Virus record (IMG/VR): IMGVR_UViG_3300038540_000013
Span: 1-5,591 of that record
From: a virus
Length of the DNA: 5,591 nt
Direction: 5' to 3' (one strand)
The translations under genes and the position numbers were made by a program. The notes beneath the pieces are model-generated. The model had not been told where the DNA came from and made no database searches. It was given only the letters and a program-made list of their open reading frames with translations. Positions 4,567 through 5,591 of this stretch are shown here, one piece after another. Position 1 is the first letter of the stretch, and the number at the start of each line of letters is the position of its first letter.

Positions 4567-5468
4567 AAAAAATACTAGGAATGACAAGTCAAGGACTAGG
4601 AGCAATTCAACAAGTAGGGGATATATTAGGAATAGGACACAAAAAACAAGACAAAAGACAGTTAGAACAACAAGAAAAATTAAGTGAACAACAAGCAAGA
4701 ATACAAAATCAAGCACAGATGAAAATGTGGGAAGATACAAATTATTCTGCACAAGTAGAACAACTAAATAAAGCAGGGCTAAACCCCGGACTATTATACG
4801 GCAAAGGAGGAGGAGGTGGAACTACAGTAGGAGGAGGAATAAGTGGAGGACAAGCAGCAAATGCAGCAGCAACACAAACAGCAAATACACAAAGTAGAGG
4901 AATGGCAATTCAACAAGGAATGATGATGGCACAACTAGAAGTTATGAAAAGCCAAGCAAATAAAAACGATGCAGAAGCAGAAGCAATAAGAGGATATAAA
5001 GCCACAGAATCGGGGGCAAGTGCAGCAGAAAGCGCAAGCAGAAAAGCAAGCATAGACTTCCAAAATGAATTAAATAAAACTATAGGAATAAAAGACATGG
5101 CTGAAAGATATAGCTGGGCATCCGATATGACTGCAATACAAAGCCAAAAAATGAACGCAGAATATGAAGCATGGAAAACGGCAGGATTTGAGGGAAAATC
5201 ATTTGACGATCCAAATAGTCCAATGGCAAAGGCAATGAAGGCAGGATATGAAAAAACAATCCAAGATCTAGAAAAAGCAAAATTAGAAAACAACGCACAA
5301 AAGGCAACAAACGTAGTAAAAAATTTCGAAGCAGAATTAGCAAGTCAAGGAATACACCCACATAGTCCTTGGTGGACAAAACTCATAGGAGATATGTTAG
5401 AAAAGGTAGGAATAATGGATATGATAAAAGGAGGACAAAAAGAGGTAAAACAACAAATAAGTCAATAA
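4557..5468 (+). CDS. VP2: Minor capsid / DNA pilot protein (Microviridae VP2, phiX H-like)
   Basis: 303-aa ORF. It has the conserved-type KAGLNPGLLYG motif (nt 4773..4802), followed by a Gly-rich tract GKGGGGGTTVGGGISGG (about 4800..4850). The flanks are Q/A/E-rich and helical/coiled-coil-like. Size and position match VP2 of non-phiX microviruses. Confidence 0.8.
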   Translation: MELEKILGMTSQGLGAIQQVGDILGIGHKKQDKRQLEQQEKLSEQQARIQNQAQMKMWEDTNYSAQVEQLNKAGLNPGLLYGKGGGGGTTVGGGISGGQAANAAATQTANTQSRGMAIQQGMMMAQLEVMKSQANKNDAEAEAIRGYKATESGASAAESASRKASIDFQNELNKTIGIKDMAERYSWASDMTAIQSQKMNAEYEAWKTAGFEGKSFDDPNSPMAKAMKAGYEKTIQDLEKAKLENNAQKATNVVKNFEAELASQGIHPHSPWWTKLIGDMLEKVGIMDMIKGGQKEVKQQISQ

Positions 5469-5484
5469 TGTGCATATATCCAAC

Positions 5485-5591
5485 ATTACGACCAAATAAG
5501 AAATATATAATGAACAAAAAAAATGGGGGCAATGTCCCCATTTGCATTGATGAAAGGGTCAAATACGTACCTACAAAATGCGGAAACTGTA
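5485..5591. repeat. Terminal direct repeat, copy 2 (circular-assembly overlap)
   Basis: Identical to 1..107. It contains the rep leader, the rep ATG at 5510 and the hairpin copy at 5521..5543. Confidence 0.95.
5510..5591 (+). CDS. VP4: 5' fragment of rep/VP4 (same gene as 26..1111, re-read across the circle junction; truncated by window end)
   Basis: ATGAACAAAAAAAATGGGGGCAATGTCCCC... is identical to 26..107. It is an overlap artefact, not a second gene. Confidence 0.6.
   Translation, partial: MNKKNGGNVPICIDERVKYVPTKCGNC

Noticed and set aside
4800-4850. GGAGGAGGAGGTGGA...GGAGGAGGA purine repeats that look like tandem Shine-Dalgarno sites or a microsatellite
   Set aside because: They are in-frame Gly codons of the VP2 poly-Gly tract, and no ATG-initiated ORF follows them.
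363-5379. All minus-strand ORFs in the supplied track (363..1025, 652..1035, 917..1201, 1730..2038, 2061..2309, 2329..2607, 2827..3051, 2859..3185, 3187..3471, 3285..3503, 3579..3836, 4043..4387, 4543..4752, 4910..5293, 5080..5379)
   Set aside because: Every one lies antisense to a well-supported + strand gene. Each translates to Leu/Phe/Ser/Cys-rich low-complexity sequence, which is what the T-rich complement of an A-rich coding strand yields. Microviruses transcribe only one strand, and no motif is recognisable.
5469-5509. The short VP2-rep spacer (tgtgcatatatccaacattacgaccaaataagaaatatata) compared with the phiX174 origin (CAACTTGATATTAATAAC...)
   Set aside because: Only a loose CAAC...AT-rich resemblance. 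It is not enough to call an origin, and the AT-only inverted repeat (CATATAT / ATATATA) is weak.
5510-5591. Apparent second copy of the rep 5' end, i.e. a possible gene duplication or terminal repeat of biological origin
   Set aside because: It is part of the exact 107-nt end-to-end overlap. The simplest explanation is a circular contig reported with assembler redundancy.
1-5591. Looked for tRNA/rRNA genes, CRISPR arrays, IS/transposase or integrase genes, and att-like flanks
   Set aside because: None seen. There are no spaced direct repeats, no cloverleaf-like GC-rich segments, no recombinase-like ORF, and the gene array leaves no room for them.

Overview
The window is a complete, circularly permuted ssDNA phage genome of the family Microviridae, from a non-phiX, Gokushovirinae/Alpavirinae-like lineage. 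Bases 1..107 recur exactly at 5485..5591, so the unit genome is 5484 nt and the window is a circular assembly with a 107-nt overlap. All credible genes lie on the + strand, which is visibly very A-rich. The minus-strand ORFs in the track are Leu/Phe-rich mirror artefacts. Gene content: VP4/Rep HUH rolling-circle initiator (26..1111); a Peptidase_M15-type zinc cell-wall peptidase (1189..1560); two small ORFans (1640..1852 and 1866..2084, the latter open back to 1785); major capsid protein VP1 (2093..4048); a 112-aa small protein that may be a VP3-like scaffold (4053..4391); and a VP2/H-like DNA pilot protein (4557..5468). The most interesting point concerns lysis. Characterised microviruses lyse without a muralytic enzyme, as with the phiX174 E amurin, yet this genome carries a signal-less peptidoglycan peptidase. 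It also carries two micro-ORFs below the ORF-track size cutoff that encode membrane-type peptides. One is a 27-aa amphipathic peptide overlapping the peptidase 3' end (1544..1627). The other is a 30-aa single-pass TM peptide overlapping the VP2 start (4474..4566). Together they form a candidate holin/endolysin-like lysis system in a microvirus. Two notable stem-loops are also present: a GC-cored hairpin inside the rep 5' end (37..59) and a roughly 20-bp imperfect hairpin in the largest non-coding region (4407..4458). Start codons mostly lack Shine-Dalgarno sequences and follow A-tracts, which hints at a Bacteroidota host. All family assignments rest on motifs I recognise by eye. No database search was possible.
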